DNA of 32,000 nucleotides from Okeania sp. (GCF_035285525.1 NZ_JAYKGW010000006.1:1-32000), one strand, 5' to 3'; positions 9,498 to 17,997 are shown, counted from the stretch's first letter. Notes: generated by a model from the sequence alone, not told the origin. Numbers and translations: made by a program.

Positions 9498-9527
9498 GGG
9501 GAGCTATAGTATAGATATAGCTCCCCC
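9498..9527. other. Strong 11-bp-stem hairpin just downstream (on the minus strand) of the TauD-like gene
   Basis: ggggagctata-gtataga-tatagctcccc. No adjacent U-run on either strand, so terminator function is uncertain. Confidence 0.35.
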
Positions 9528-9552
9528 AAATATCTGAAAAATTCAGATTATC

Positions 9553-10302
9553 TTAACCTAAAAAGATACGTTCTAGTAATCGAGTTGGATCGTTGTAGGT
9601 TGTTCTTGAATGGAGCATAGACCGATTATCCCAAAGCAATAATGAGTATTGTTCCATCAATATTGCCAAGCGATTTTCTTCAAAATACTTGAGAAGGCGA
9701 TCGGATATTTCTGCTAAAAATGGATCTGGGGTAAATGGGATGAGATTATCTGGATTAGGACTGTAGTCACCATGTGTAATGTAGTTGCAAGAGAATCTCA
9801 AAGTAGGCTTGTTGCCATCATAAGAAAGGATAGTATGAGTTGCTCCTTGGGTACGACTAGCATGGACTCCTATAGTAGCTCCAAAATAGTGCTGAGTCTC
9901 CATGAGTTTTTTCTTTTCTGCTTCTGTCAGAGTATTGACGAATCCCTCTACATAAGCTAAAGTAGTTAGTCCTCCACCGCAATCAGCAGGCTTTTTACAC
10001 CAAAGTGCTAAGTATTTTGGCGGATTAGGATAATCGGTGGCTTCAGTATGAGGAAGCAAACGCTTCTTACCACGAGCATCAGAAAAATTCAGAAGTTCCG
10101 GCTCATATTTAACATGGAAGATTGGTTTGCCATATTGCAGCATGAAATCTTCACCAGTGACCAATTTAGTAAATTCTTGCCAGTCAAAGTTGGCATCTTT
10201 AGTTTCAAGGTAGATAAAATGCTTTTCTTCTAGTAGTTGCTGATATTCAGAAATCAATTCAGTTGAAAACTTAGCAACATCTGTTTTGGAAATAGTGAAC
10301 AT
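9553..10302 (-). CDS. TauD/TfdA-family Fe(II)/2-oxoglutarate-dependent oxygenase-like protein
   Basis: 249 aa with LLPHTEATDY (H-x-E), distal MLHSRTTY (His plus Arg) and LALWC. Short for the family. AAGGAGG lies 13 nt upstream of the ATG. Confidence 0.65.
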   Translation of the reverse strand: MFTISKTDVAKFSTELISEYQQLLEEKHFIYLETKDANFDWQEFTKLVTGEDFMLQYGKPIFHVKYEPELLNFSDARGKKRLLPHTEATDYPNPPKYLALWCKKPADCGGGLTTLAYVEGFVNTLTEAEKKKLMETQHYFGATIGVHASRTQGATHTILSYDGNKPTLRFSCNYITHGDYSPNPDNLIPFTPDPFLAEISDRLLKYFEENRLAILMEQYSLLLWDNRSMLHSRTTYNDPTRLLERIFLG

Positions 10303-10707
10303 GATTTAATAATTGCCTCCTTATAAATGGCGGTACAATAGCCACATTAAATTTTTCCTCCTTTGTTGCGTTGCACAAAGGAAGTAGATGGGATAAAAAT
10401 CACAGTGCGTGGGACAAAGAGTGGGCACTAAGCACAATATATGAGTAAATCCAAGTCTAAGTCCATTTACTGTGTCTGCGACTACTCTAAATACAAGATA
10501 CTTTTAAACCACATAGGGAGTCTGAACCTGTGGGTAAGTGCTGAAGTATATAGAGTAGTGGGTTGATCGCGACAAGACAGAAGGTGAAGGATCATCTAAA
10601 TCACCTATATAACCCATTTGGAATTTATGAAATGAGTTTTTTGGCAGACTTAACCTTAGATGCCGTTAATATTATAATAAACTATCTGATCCAAAGCTAA
10701 TTGCGTA

Positions 10708-11355
10708 ATGATTTCTTCTGATATACAAAAAACAATTGGTTCAATTTATTGTGTTGGCCGTAATTATTCTGACCATGCCAAAGAACTGAACAATCCAGTA
10801 CCAAAAGAGCCTATAATTTTCACAAAATCGCCAGCTTGCATTGTCCCATTTGCAGGAAAGATATTTTTACCCGATCATTTAGGACGATGCGATTATGAAA
10901 CTGAGATTGCAGTACAACTTGGCAGTGACTTGTATCAAGCAGAGCAAAATCAGGTCTTAGAAGCACTTCGTTATGTTGGTATTGCTTTAGATTTGACTCT
11001 TCGTGATAAGCAAAATGAACTAAAGGCTAAAAAGTACCCTTGGGACTTAGCAAAAAGTTTTGTGAACGCTTGTCCATTGTCAAAATTTCGTCAGTTGGCT
11101 TCCAGCCAAGAAATAGAAGAACTGGAAATCAAACTTGAAGTAAACGGTGAAGTTCGCCAACAAGGTTCTACTAAACAGATGCTATTTTCTATTCCCGATT
11201 TGATTACTTTTATTAGTCAGCACATACCACTACGTTCGGGGGATGTGATTTTAACTGGTACTCCAGCCAACGTTGGACCACTTAAAAACAATGACTATTT
11301 AGTTGCTTTTCTGAACCAGGAAGCTATTGCAGAAGCTGAGATTGTCAGAATCTGA
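10708..11355 (+). CDS. Fumarylacetoacetate hydrolase (FAH)-family protein, small YcgM-like type
   Basis: 215 aa with IYCVGRNYSDHAKEL, EPIIFTKSP, DYETEIAV and GDVILTGTPANVGP. Confidence 0.8.
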   Translation: MISSDIQKTIGSIYCVGRNYSDHAKELNNPVPKEPIIFTKSPACIVPFAGKIFLPDHLGRCDYETEIAVQLGSDLYQAEQNQVLEALRYVGIALDLTLRDKQNELKAKKYPWDLAKSFVNACPLSKFRQLASSQEIEELEIKLEVNGEVRQQGSTKQMLFSIPDLITFISQHIPLRSGDVILTGTPANVGPLKNNDYLVAFLNQEAIAEAEIVRI

Positions 11356-11361
11356 AACTAA

Positions 11362-12174
11362 TTACTTAACTTTCTCACACAGGAAAAAAGACCAGCCTAA
11401 ATCATTAGCTGCGATTGCTTCCTGGGTCTTTTTAAAAGCTGCTCCCAGTTCTGGATAGCCCTCCTGAGCTAGCTCAGAGACTAACTCATAGCTTTTGTGC
11501 AGGTGTTCGCTCATGTCTTTTACCTGCAAAACTTTAAATCCAATTTCAGTTAGTTTCTTCGCGTAGGTTTCTGGACTAAAGGTTGGTTCAAATAAAAGCC
11601 GATCGTAAACATACTTGCGGCTATCCTCACTGATTTCGTCTCCTGGAGTAACTAAGTCATCAAACAAAAAGATACCACCTAGTTTGAGAACTCGGTGGGC
11701 CTCCGCTAGAGCCGTACTTAATTCTGGGATATGATAAAGTGCTCCTTGACTCCAAGCATGGGTAAAGGAATCATTATTGAAAGGTAGATTAGTAGCTGAT
11801 TCTTTTTGGAAACTGACTCTTAGGGAGGGCAAATCACTAACTTGAGCTGTAGCATTTTCGATATAACTGCTACTTAGATCGATTCCTACTACCTCGCATC
11901 CTGTTTCTTGAGCAATTCGGATAGCAGATTTACCATTGCCACAAGCTATTTCCAGGACTTTGGATTCAGCAGTAATACCACTTTGCTCCAGCATATAGCT
12001 ATCCCAACGTTGGCAAGCTGGTACAAAGTCTTCTGGACGAGCAGTGGCTAAATTCTCAAAATAGCCCCAGTGGAGACTGCCTTCTGGATCCCAAAAACTG
12101 CGAAAGCGTTGATCCCGTTGGCGATCGTCGAATAATGATTCAGTGTCAGCTTCTGTAAATTTAGTTTGTGCCAT
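11362..12174 (-). CDS. SAM-dependent methyltransferase resembling sarcosine/dimethylglycine-type N-methyltransferases
   Basis: 270 aa with motif I VLEIACGNGKSA and post-I VVGIDLS. The N-terminal FWDPEGSLHWGYF resembles the IWGGEDIHIGLY region of betaine-pathway N-methyltransferases. Its stop lies only 6 nt from the convergent FAH stop. Confidence 0.7.
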   Translation of the reverse strand: MAQTKFTEADTESLFDDRQRDQRFRSFWDPEGSLHWGYFENLATARPEDFVPACQRWDSYMLEQSGITAESKVLEIACGNGKSAIRIAQETGCEVVGIDLSSSYIENATAQVSDLPSLRVSFQKESATNLPFNNDSFTHAWSQGALYHIPELSTALAEAHRVLKLGGIFLFDDLVTPGDEISEDSRKYVYDRLLFEPTFSPETYAKKLTEIGFKVLQVKDMSEHLHKSYELVSELAQEGYPELGAAFKKTQEAIAANDLGWSFFLCEKVK

Positions 12175-12527
12175 ATTACTTCTGTATGATTAATGGTTTT
12201 TTTTACTATCAAAAATATATAGTATCTTAAAATGGAAATATTTTCAAGTAGTAGCACTTACTTTAAAGGGTGACAAGCAATCTGGAAGCTAGATAAAAGA
12301 AATTATTTTAATATTTAATTCAATAATTTTAGTCAAAGGAAACTCTTAATTTATAATTGAGAATAATACGATATATTACCTATTTTTTCAAGATAAAACT
12401 TGACAAAAGAGAGAAATTATGTAATTTTAATACTTTCTTGAAATAAGGCCAGTATTTAGCTAGCATGAATATTTTGATATAATAAAAAGTTTATAATAAA
12501 GCTAAAAGTCAAATAATTTATCTAAAT

Positions 12528-13044
12528 TATGGAACCAATTAAATTCTTTCCTAATAAACCAGTTACTCCAAATAAGTTTGTCGGCAGAACATCTGAAATA
12601 TACACAATTTTTGCCCAAATTAATAATCGTGGTCATGTGGCTATTTATGATAGTTCTGGCATGGATAAATCATCTTTACTAAAGTAAATAAAATCTCGTA
12701 ATTTTTGGGATGAGAAAGGATTAAATTTTTCACAAGCTTTGATTGTTTATCACAACTGCGAGGGTTTATTTACAACAAATAATTTTTGGAAAGAAGTGTT
12801 AATTGAGTTAAAAAATAAAGCTGAAATTGATGCAAATTTACAATGCAAAATTGATGATTTATTAAAATTAGAAACAATAGAAATAAGAGATATACGACAG
12901 ATTCTGAAGGAGATTGGGAAAAGAGATCAATTTTTATTATTACTATTAGATGATTATCATGCAATACTTCGTAAATTATCTTGTTGCAAGGACAGCGACG
13001 AATTGCTAAAACATGAGTTATTGAGCAGATTAGTAATTTTGTAG
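12528..13044 (+). pseudogene. Decayed T1-type P-loop NTPase
   Basis: Aligns with T1 residues 1-165. The ATG at 12528 is out of frame with the rest (1-nt indel near 12540). There is an in-frame TAA at 12685-12687. Walker A is ruined (YDSSGMDKSS versus HGSSGIGKTS). Walker B LLLLLDDYH is retained. The extended -10 TGATATAAT (12475-12483) is kept. Confidence 0.75.
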
Positions 13045-13046
13045 AT

Positions 13047-13952
13047 TTGGAAAACTTTGTTTTTATTAAACTTTCTCTAAAAGATAAAAACTATATAACT
13101 ATTGGAAAGTTGTTTGAAGAATTAGCAATAGAAATTAAGGATTACATAAAAAATCATCTTGAGATAGAAGAGAATAGTATTTCGTGTAATAACAATTCTG
13201 AATATCAAGATATATTAAAGTGGTTTAAGCCAATATTTTTGCCAGAAGTTTATGGAACACTAGGTGATAAAAATGTTGTTCTAATGTTAGATGAATTTGA
13301 TAATTTAGATGATATTAATCAAGATAAAGCAAACAATTTTTACAAATATTTTAATCAGATAGTTGTTAGAAATAACAAGCTTTGTCTACTACCAGTTATA
13401 GGCAAGGCTGTTGAGGAGCTTTCTAAACATTTCCAGAACTCTTTTAGGCAAGTAACTTTGGAAAAAATTGCATTACTAAAAACTTCAGATGTTAAAAAGT
13501 TAATTATCGATCCAACGGCAAAACTCAAATATCAAGATGCAGCTATTGAGGCAATTCTCAAATTATCAGCTAATCATCCTTAATTTTACTCAAGTTTTAT
13601 GTTTTAAATTATTTAACAATGCTAGAGCTAGAGATATATGGGAAGTTACTTATCAAGATTTAGAAAGTATTTTTGAAAAAGTAATTACTCATTGTCAAAG
13701 AGGATTAGCGTCTTTACTAAATTCATTACCAATATATGAAAAAGTTGTTTTTTTACAGTAGCAAAGTCTCAAGATATAGATAGTTTAACAGAGCAATTAG
13801 TAATTTTAGAAGATTATGGTGTTTTTGTAACGGATGCCTTCAAAACAGTGCTGATAAATTTGGAGAAATGGAATTTTTTAGAAAAGCAAAATTCTACTTC
13901 GCTAGAGGATTTTTATCAATTAATCGACAGCTCAAAGAAATATCTAAACTAG
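13047..13952 (+). pseudogene. Decayed T2-type NTPase lacking its N-terminus, abutting the T1 pseudogene
   Basis: VVLMLDEFDNLDD (Walker B), YQDAAIEAILKLSANHP (compare YQPDAIDAIWQLSAGHP in T2). Stop at 13581, then frame changes at about 13585 and 13760. Homology continues to about 13950. Confidence 0.65.
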
Positions 13953-14035
13953 AACCAAACAACGAGCCAGATATTCTCTAATAAAATAGAGAACCTTTCA
14001 GGAGTAGAAGTTGAACTCGAAGCCTCAGCTAAACC

Positions 14036-14145
14036 AGTTTGGCAAGTTATCAAAACTATGATAGTTGCCAAAAATAAACAGAGATACCTAAAACGTGAGA
14101 ACCATTTTTTACTTGTCATTTCAGTTATCAGTTATGAATTATCAG
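14036..14145 (-). pseudogene. Copy of the amt 5' end plus upstream leader, about 25 nt around the ATG deleted
   Basis: cagctaaaccagtttggcaagttatcaaaactatgatagttgccaaaaataaacagagatacctaaaacgtgagaacca aligns with 25160-25240, then atttcagttatcagtta aligns with 25277-25293. Confidence 0.6.
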
Positions 14146-14360
14146 TATCTCAAATTGAGTTAGGAGGCAACAAAACTTAAAATTTACTTTGTTAAACTTT
14201 GGGATTATATCTTAAACAAATAGAGGTTACATAATCTAGAAATAAATTATAATAACCTTTTACTTATAGATAAGAATTACCCAAAAGTACATATAGAGTT
14301 CAAAAACTATAGCGCTATAGTTTGAAACCCTATTTATGTTATCTCTGCGTAACTCTTAAT

Positions 14361-14520
14361 AGAATTACTATTGCTGTAATACATAATTTTCAAACCTTGG
14401 TTGGGAGTGCGATCGCAATATTATCTTAGTTGTAATTAAACATAAATTAAAAAATAAAATCTTGTTTCAGGTAGGTATTTTACCTGCCTTTTTCTTTAGC
14501 AATTTGTATTTTGACAAATA
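14361..14520 (+). repeat. ctaB-tail/terminator/promoter cassette copy
   Basis: aatagaattactattgctgtaatacataattttcaaaccttggttgggagtgcgatcgcaatattatcttagttgtaattaaacataaat aligns with ctaB 1145-1235. Followed by the terminator hairpin and ttttgacaaata. Confidence 0.6.
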
Positions 14521-14647
14521 TAAAAAAATATGATATACCAAATATTAAATTTAAATTGATAGGAAGCCCAATATTTGGCTACCAAAAATACTCTGATATA
14601 ATTTCCAATTATATTCAAGCTAAAAATCAAGTAATTTATCTAACTTT

Positions 14648-15712
14648 ATGCAGCAACCTAAATTCTTTCTTAGGGAAGCAGCAAAACGTTTAGTAGAATA
14701 TGGCTTTATAGAAAAATAAGGTACAGGTTATAAAATTAAAGTAGAATTAGTTCGACTTTGGCTGTTGAATAATTATCCTTTATCTGATGAAGAAAAACTT
14801 TCAATTAAAGAAAATTTCCCAGACAAGTTGAATAATTATCCTTTATCTGATAAAAAAAGACTATCAATAAAGAAAATTTCCCAAACAAGTCGAAATATAT
14901 CTAAAACAAATAACAATAACAAAATGGATACACAAGATGGAAAAAATAATTCTCAAGGACCTAACCAAGTTTATTCTTTTATCTCTTTATTGTCAGTATG
15001 TGTAGTTATTATTGCTGTTATTTCCCAATCATGGAATCGTTTTAGAATACCTCCTATATGTAATTATTTACTCACGGAAGTAAAGAGTAAAATAGCATCA
15101 GTGGCTTCAGAAGAGCAATTAGAAATTATCAACAAATTTATACAGGATAAAATTCAAAATGAGCAATGCCCTAGTTCCGATGAAGTTTATGGAGAATTTT
15201 ATGAATTATTTTACCAGCATGGACAGGAAAAAGTTAAGAACACAAAATTTAAGGAAGCTATACAAACTTGGTGTTCTGTTACGGGTAACTATGGCAAGAT
15301 AACTGAAGAGATAACTAAGTTAATTTCACCAAATAGTGGCTTGCTTAAAGCAGAAAAAAGAAAGTTAATTAATGAAATTTTTAAACAAAATCAGTCAGAA
15401 AATAAATGTCCTAGCTATTCACTTGACGATCAACAAAACAAAAAATATTTGTTCCAGCAATTAGAACAAATAAATAAGTTTTATGACAAAAAAGCTAAAA
15501 GCCAAAGCAGTGAATATTATTATCAAGAAGCTGTCAGATCATATTGTCAAATATCAAATCATTATTCTCAACTTCCTCAGATTAAACTACGTCTAGAAGA
15601 TTGGTATAAGGATGAATTTGAGGTATTGATATTGCGTGAACAAAGAGAAGAAATAATCAATACACTCAACAAAATAGGGAAAAATAATTGCCCAGCATTT
15701 CCAGATATTTAA
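14648..15712 (+). pseudogene. Chimera of the T1 start (7 codons) fused to the T2 C-terminal region (TM helix plus six-Cys domain), with one in-frame TAA
   Basis: A single frame reads MQQPKFF-LREAAKRLVEYGFIEK-TAA(14717-14719)-GTGYKIKVELVRLWL.... Compare T2 GKRLVEEYGFLAEKEDQTGYQIKVEFVQLWL. Downstream ATG at 14924. The T1-type promoter copy TGATATAAT is at 14594-14602. Confidence 0.6.
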
Positions 15713-15777
15713 TTAATTTTAATCAGCTCTAGGAGTTTTTTTTAAACAGCATAAGTTAAGTCCGAAAAAGTCGAAGC

Positions 15778-15840
15778 ACCATTAGCTAAAGTTGTTTTAC
15801 AATTTATCAAAACTATGATATTCGCCAAAAATAAACAGAA
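15778..15840 (-). pseudogene. Second, shorter copy of the amt 5' coding end
   Basis: cattagctaaagttgttttacaatttatcaaaactatgatattcgccaaaaataaacag aligns with 25155-25215. Confidence 0.5.
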
Positions 15841-15861
15841 TTAGATATGAATTATAATTTT

Positions 15862-16000
15862 CAAATCTTGATTGGGAGCGCGATCGCAAGTTTATCTGAA
15901 GTTTAAATTAAATATAAATAAAAAATGAAATCTTGTTTTAGGTAGGCATTTCCCTTGACTTTTTATTTAGCATTTAGCAATTTGTAGCTTGACAAAGATT
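15862..16000 (+). repeat. ctaB-tail/terminator/promoter cassette copy (more diverged)
   Basis: tcaaatcttgattgggagcgcgatcgcaagtttatctgaagtttaaattaaatataaat...aggtaggcatttcccttgacttttt...tgtagcttgacaaag. Confidence 0.5.
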
Positions 16001-16108
16001 AAAAATTTTGCTAATCATACACAGCTAAAATCTAATCCAGAAAAGCCCAATAGACTTCACATATAGTTACCAAGATTCAAAGTCTGTTACGTGGTAACAA
16101 TTATTTTT

Positions 16109-16186
16109 CTCCCCACACTCCCCACACTTCCCACACTCCCCACACTTCCCACACTCCCCACACTCCCCACACTTCCCACACTCCCC
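16109..16186. repeat. STRR-like 9-nt tandem repeat (CCCCACACT / TCCCACACT), about 8.5 units
   Basis: Direct reading of ctccccacactccccacacttcccacactccccacacttccc.... Confidence 0.85.
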
Positions 16187-16399
16187 AAAACTCAGCTACC
16201 TTTAATTTTTTGCTATAGTTAAAAACTATACAGTAATCCTAAATAAGTTGTGATAAATCAAAAAGTAAATAAAAAAAATTAAACTCTCACTTGTTCCCAG
16301 TTAAGTATTCATTAATTACCTAAAAAGAATGAAACTTTGTCCGGGAATAAAATTAGGATTGCTATAGTAAAATCAGAAATAAAATAATTTATTTAAGTT

Positions 16400-17749
16400 A
16401 TGGTTATGCCAGCAAATAAATTCTTTCCTAATAAACCTGTTCCCCCAGATAAGTTTGTCGGCAGAGAATACGAACTCAACACAATTTTTGACCAAATTAT
16501 TAATCGTGGTCTTATTAGTATTCATGGTAGCTCTGGTATAGGTAAAACATCTTTACTTAACTATATAAAATCTCCTCAATGTTGGGAAGAAAGACAATTG
16601 GATTTTTCGGAAGTTTTTATTGTTTATCACAACTGTGAAGGTTATATATTTACCATAAATAATTTTTGGAGAAGAGTTTTAGAAGAACTAAAAAATCAAA
16701 CTCAAGACTATGAAGATTTGCAAATTGAAATTGATCGGTTATTAGATGATGAAATAAGAATAAGTAGTATACGACAAATTCTCAAAAAGATTGGGGAAAA
16801 AAATAAATTTTTATTATTGTTATTAGATGATTATCATGCAATTATTCGTAGAAAAGAAGAGTATGAAAAAGACTTTGAAAAGTCTAAAGAAATGGAAGAG
16901 TTTTTAAGTGGAATGCGTAATTTGGCTGTTCATAGTAAAGAAAGTCAATATTTCTCAAATGTTGTAACTACCTTTCAAAAATTACATGAATTAGGTCCAA
17001 CAATTACTCGTGCAGGTTCTCCTTGGTATAATCATTATTCCTATTTGCCTTTAAAACCTTTTAGTAAAAAAGATATTAATAATTATTTTTTTAAATCTGA
17101 TAGTCATTTCTTTATTTCAATTCCGGAAAATATCTATGAAGAAGAAGTTTTAGAAATGACTGGTGGGTATCCAGGTTTACTTCAATTTACAGGGAATGTA
17201 TTTTCCCGCTTTGATTCAGCAGCTCTTGATACTTTAAATAAAAAACTAACAGGTTATGCTGACCAAATTTTTCAGGAGATTGTCAATACACAGCTAAGAG
17301 ATTATGCTGACGACTTTTTTCAGGATATTTGGAAAAATATCCAAGAGGATGAGCAAAAAATTTTGAAGTTAATTGTCATAGACATTTCTAAAGGTGATGT
17401 AGGAGGAAAACATTATTCTGTTGATGGTATAGACAAAGAATTTATTCGTAATCGTAGCGTATTGGATGGTCTTCAAGAAAAAGGATTGATCTATAAACTT
17501 GTGCCAGGAAATAAATATGATTTTTCTTCTTCTTTAATGAAAGACTTTGTTAGGGAAAAATTTGAAGAGAATGAAGATAACAAAGTTGCCAAAGCTACAG
17601 ATCGAGAGATATTAATGAATTTATTGATTACTAAAATTACTAGGGGAAAATGGGAGCAAGTTAAAGAGAATATACAGCCTGTAATTAATTTTCTGCAACC
17701 TCTTACTAAAACCTTTAATGGAGATGTTAAGGAATGGGAAGGCGAATAA
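16400..17749 (+). CDS. T1: soluble STAND/AAA-like P-loop NTPase, intact copy
   Basis: 449 aa with FFPNKPVPPDKFVGREYEL, Walker A HGSSGIGKTSLL, Walker B LLLLLDDYH and GGYPGLLQ. No TM segment. Paralogous fragments at 4800, 12528 and 14648. Confidence 0.8.
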   Translation: MVMPANKFFPNKPVPPDKFVGREYELNTIFDQIINRGLISIHGSSGIGKTSLLNYIKSPQCWEERQLDFSEVFIVYHNCEGYIFTINNFWRRVLEELKNQTQDYEDLQIEIDRLLDDEIRISSIRQILKKIGEKNKFLLLLLDDYHAIIRRKEEYEKDFEKSKEMEEFLSGMRNLAVHSKESQYFSNVVTTFQKLHELGPTITRAGSPWYNHYSYLPLKPFSKKDINNYFFKSDSHFFISIPENIYEEEVLEMTGGYPGLLQFTGNVFSRFDSAALDTLNKKLTGYADQIFQEIVNTQLRDYADDFFQDIWKNIQEDEQKILKLIVIDISKGDVGGKHYSVDGIDKEFIRNRSVLDGLQEKGLIYKLVPGNKYDFSSSLMKDFVREKFEENEDNKVAKATDREILMNLLITKITRGKWEQVKENIQPVINFLQPLTKTFNGDVKEWEGE

Positions 17750-17760
17750 TAACAAATATT

Positions 17761-17997
17761 TAGGGTTGGCTGAAAAATTATTTTTAAGGAGATGGGGAGA
17801 TGGGGAGATGGGGAGATGGGGAGATGGGGAGATGGGGAGATGGGGAGATGGGGAGATGGGGAGATGGTGAATATAAGCCTCTAATTCTAGCTTTTTCCCT
17901 ATTTCCCCTCCTGGGAGGGGTTAGGGGTGGGTTGACTCCTGACTTACTTCTTTGGCATAAAAACACACCTTTGTAAAGATACGATTAGGGGTTCTAT
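17761..17997. mobile_element. STRR-carrying MITE-like element with 10 units of the octamer GGGGAGAT (17788-17867)
   Basis: The right end aaagatacgattaggggttctat matches the right ends at 1606-1629 and 26436-26459. The left end tagggttggctgaaaaattatttttaagg is divergent. This explains the spurious ORF 17784-17966. Confidence 0.5.

Noticed and set aside
10365-10440. Glutamine (glnA-type) riboswitch, because of GGAAGTAGA
   Set aside because: The remaining conserved elements as I recall them (CGUUC...GAACG closing stem, AAGGAACG) are absent. It is also about 300 nt from the nearest downstream start.
14511-14693. 60-aa ORF
   Set aside because: It covers the cassette promoter region and the T1-type leader copy, out of frame with the chimeric gene. 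It has AT-rich low-complexity translation.
1053-16000. Classical integrase-mediated genomic island(s) inserted in the ctaB 3' end
   Set aside because: There is no integrase, recombinase or excisionase gene in the window. The repeated units also include amt and T1/T2 fragments, which fits tandem segmental duplication better than site-specific integration. It is kept only as an alternative in the relevant finding.
17784-17966. 60-aa ORF on the minus strand with PSPHLPIS repeats
   Set aside because: It is the translation of the GGGGAGAT octamer STRR (three octamers give 24 nt, or 8 aa) inside a MITE-like element. It has no start context and is not a gene.
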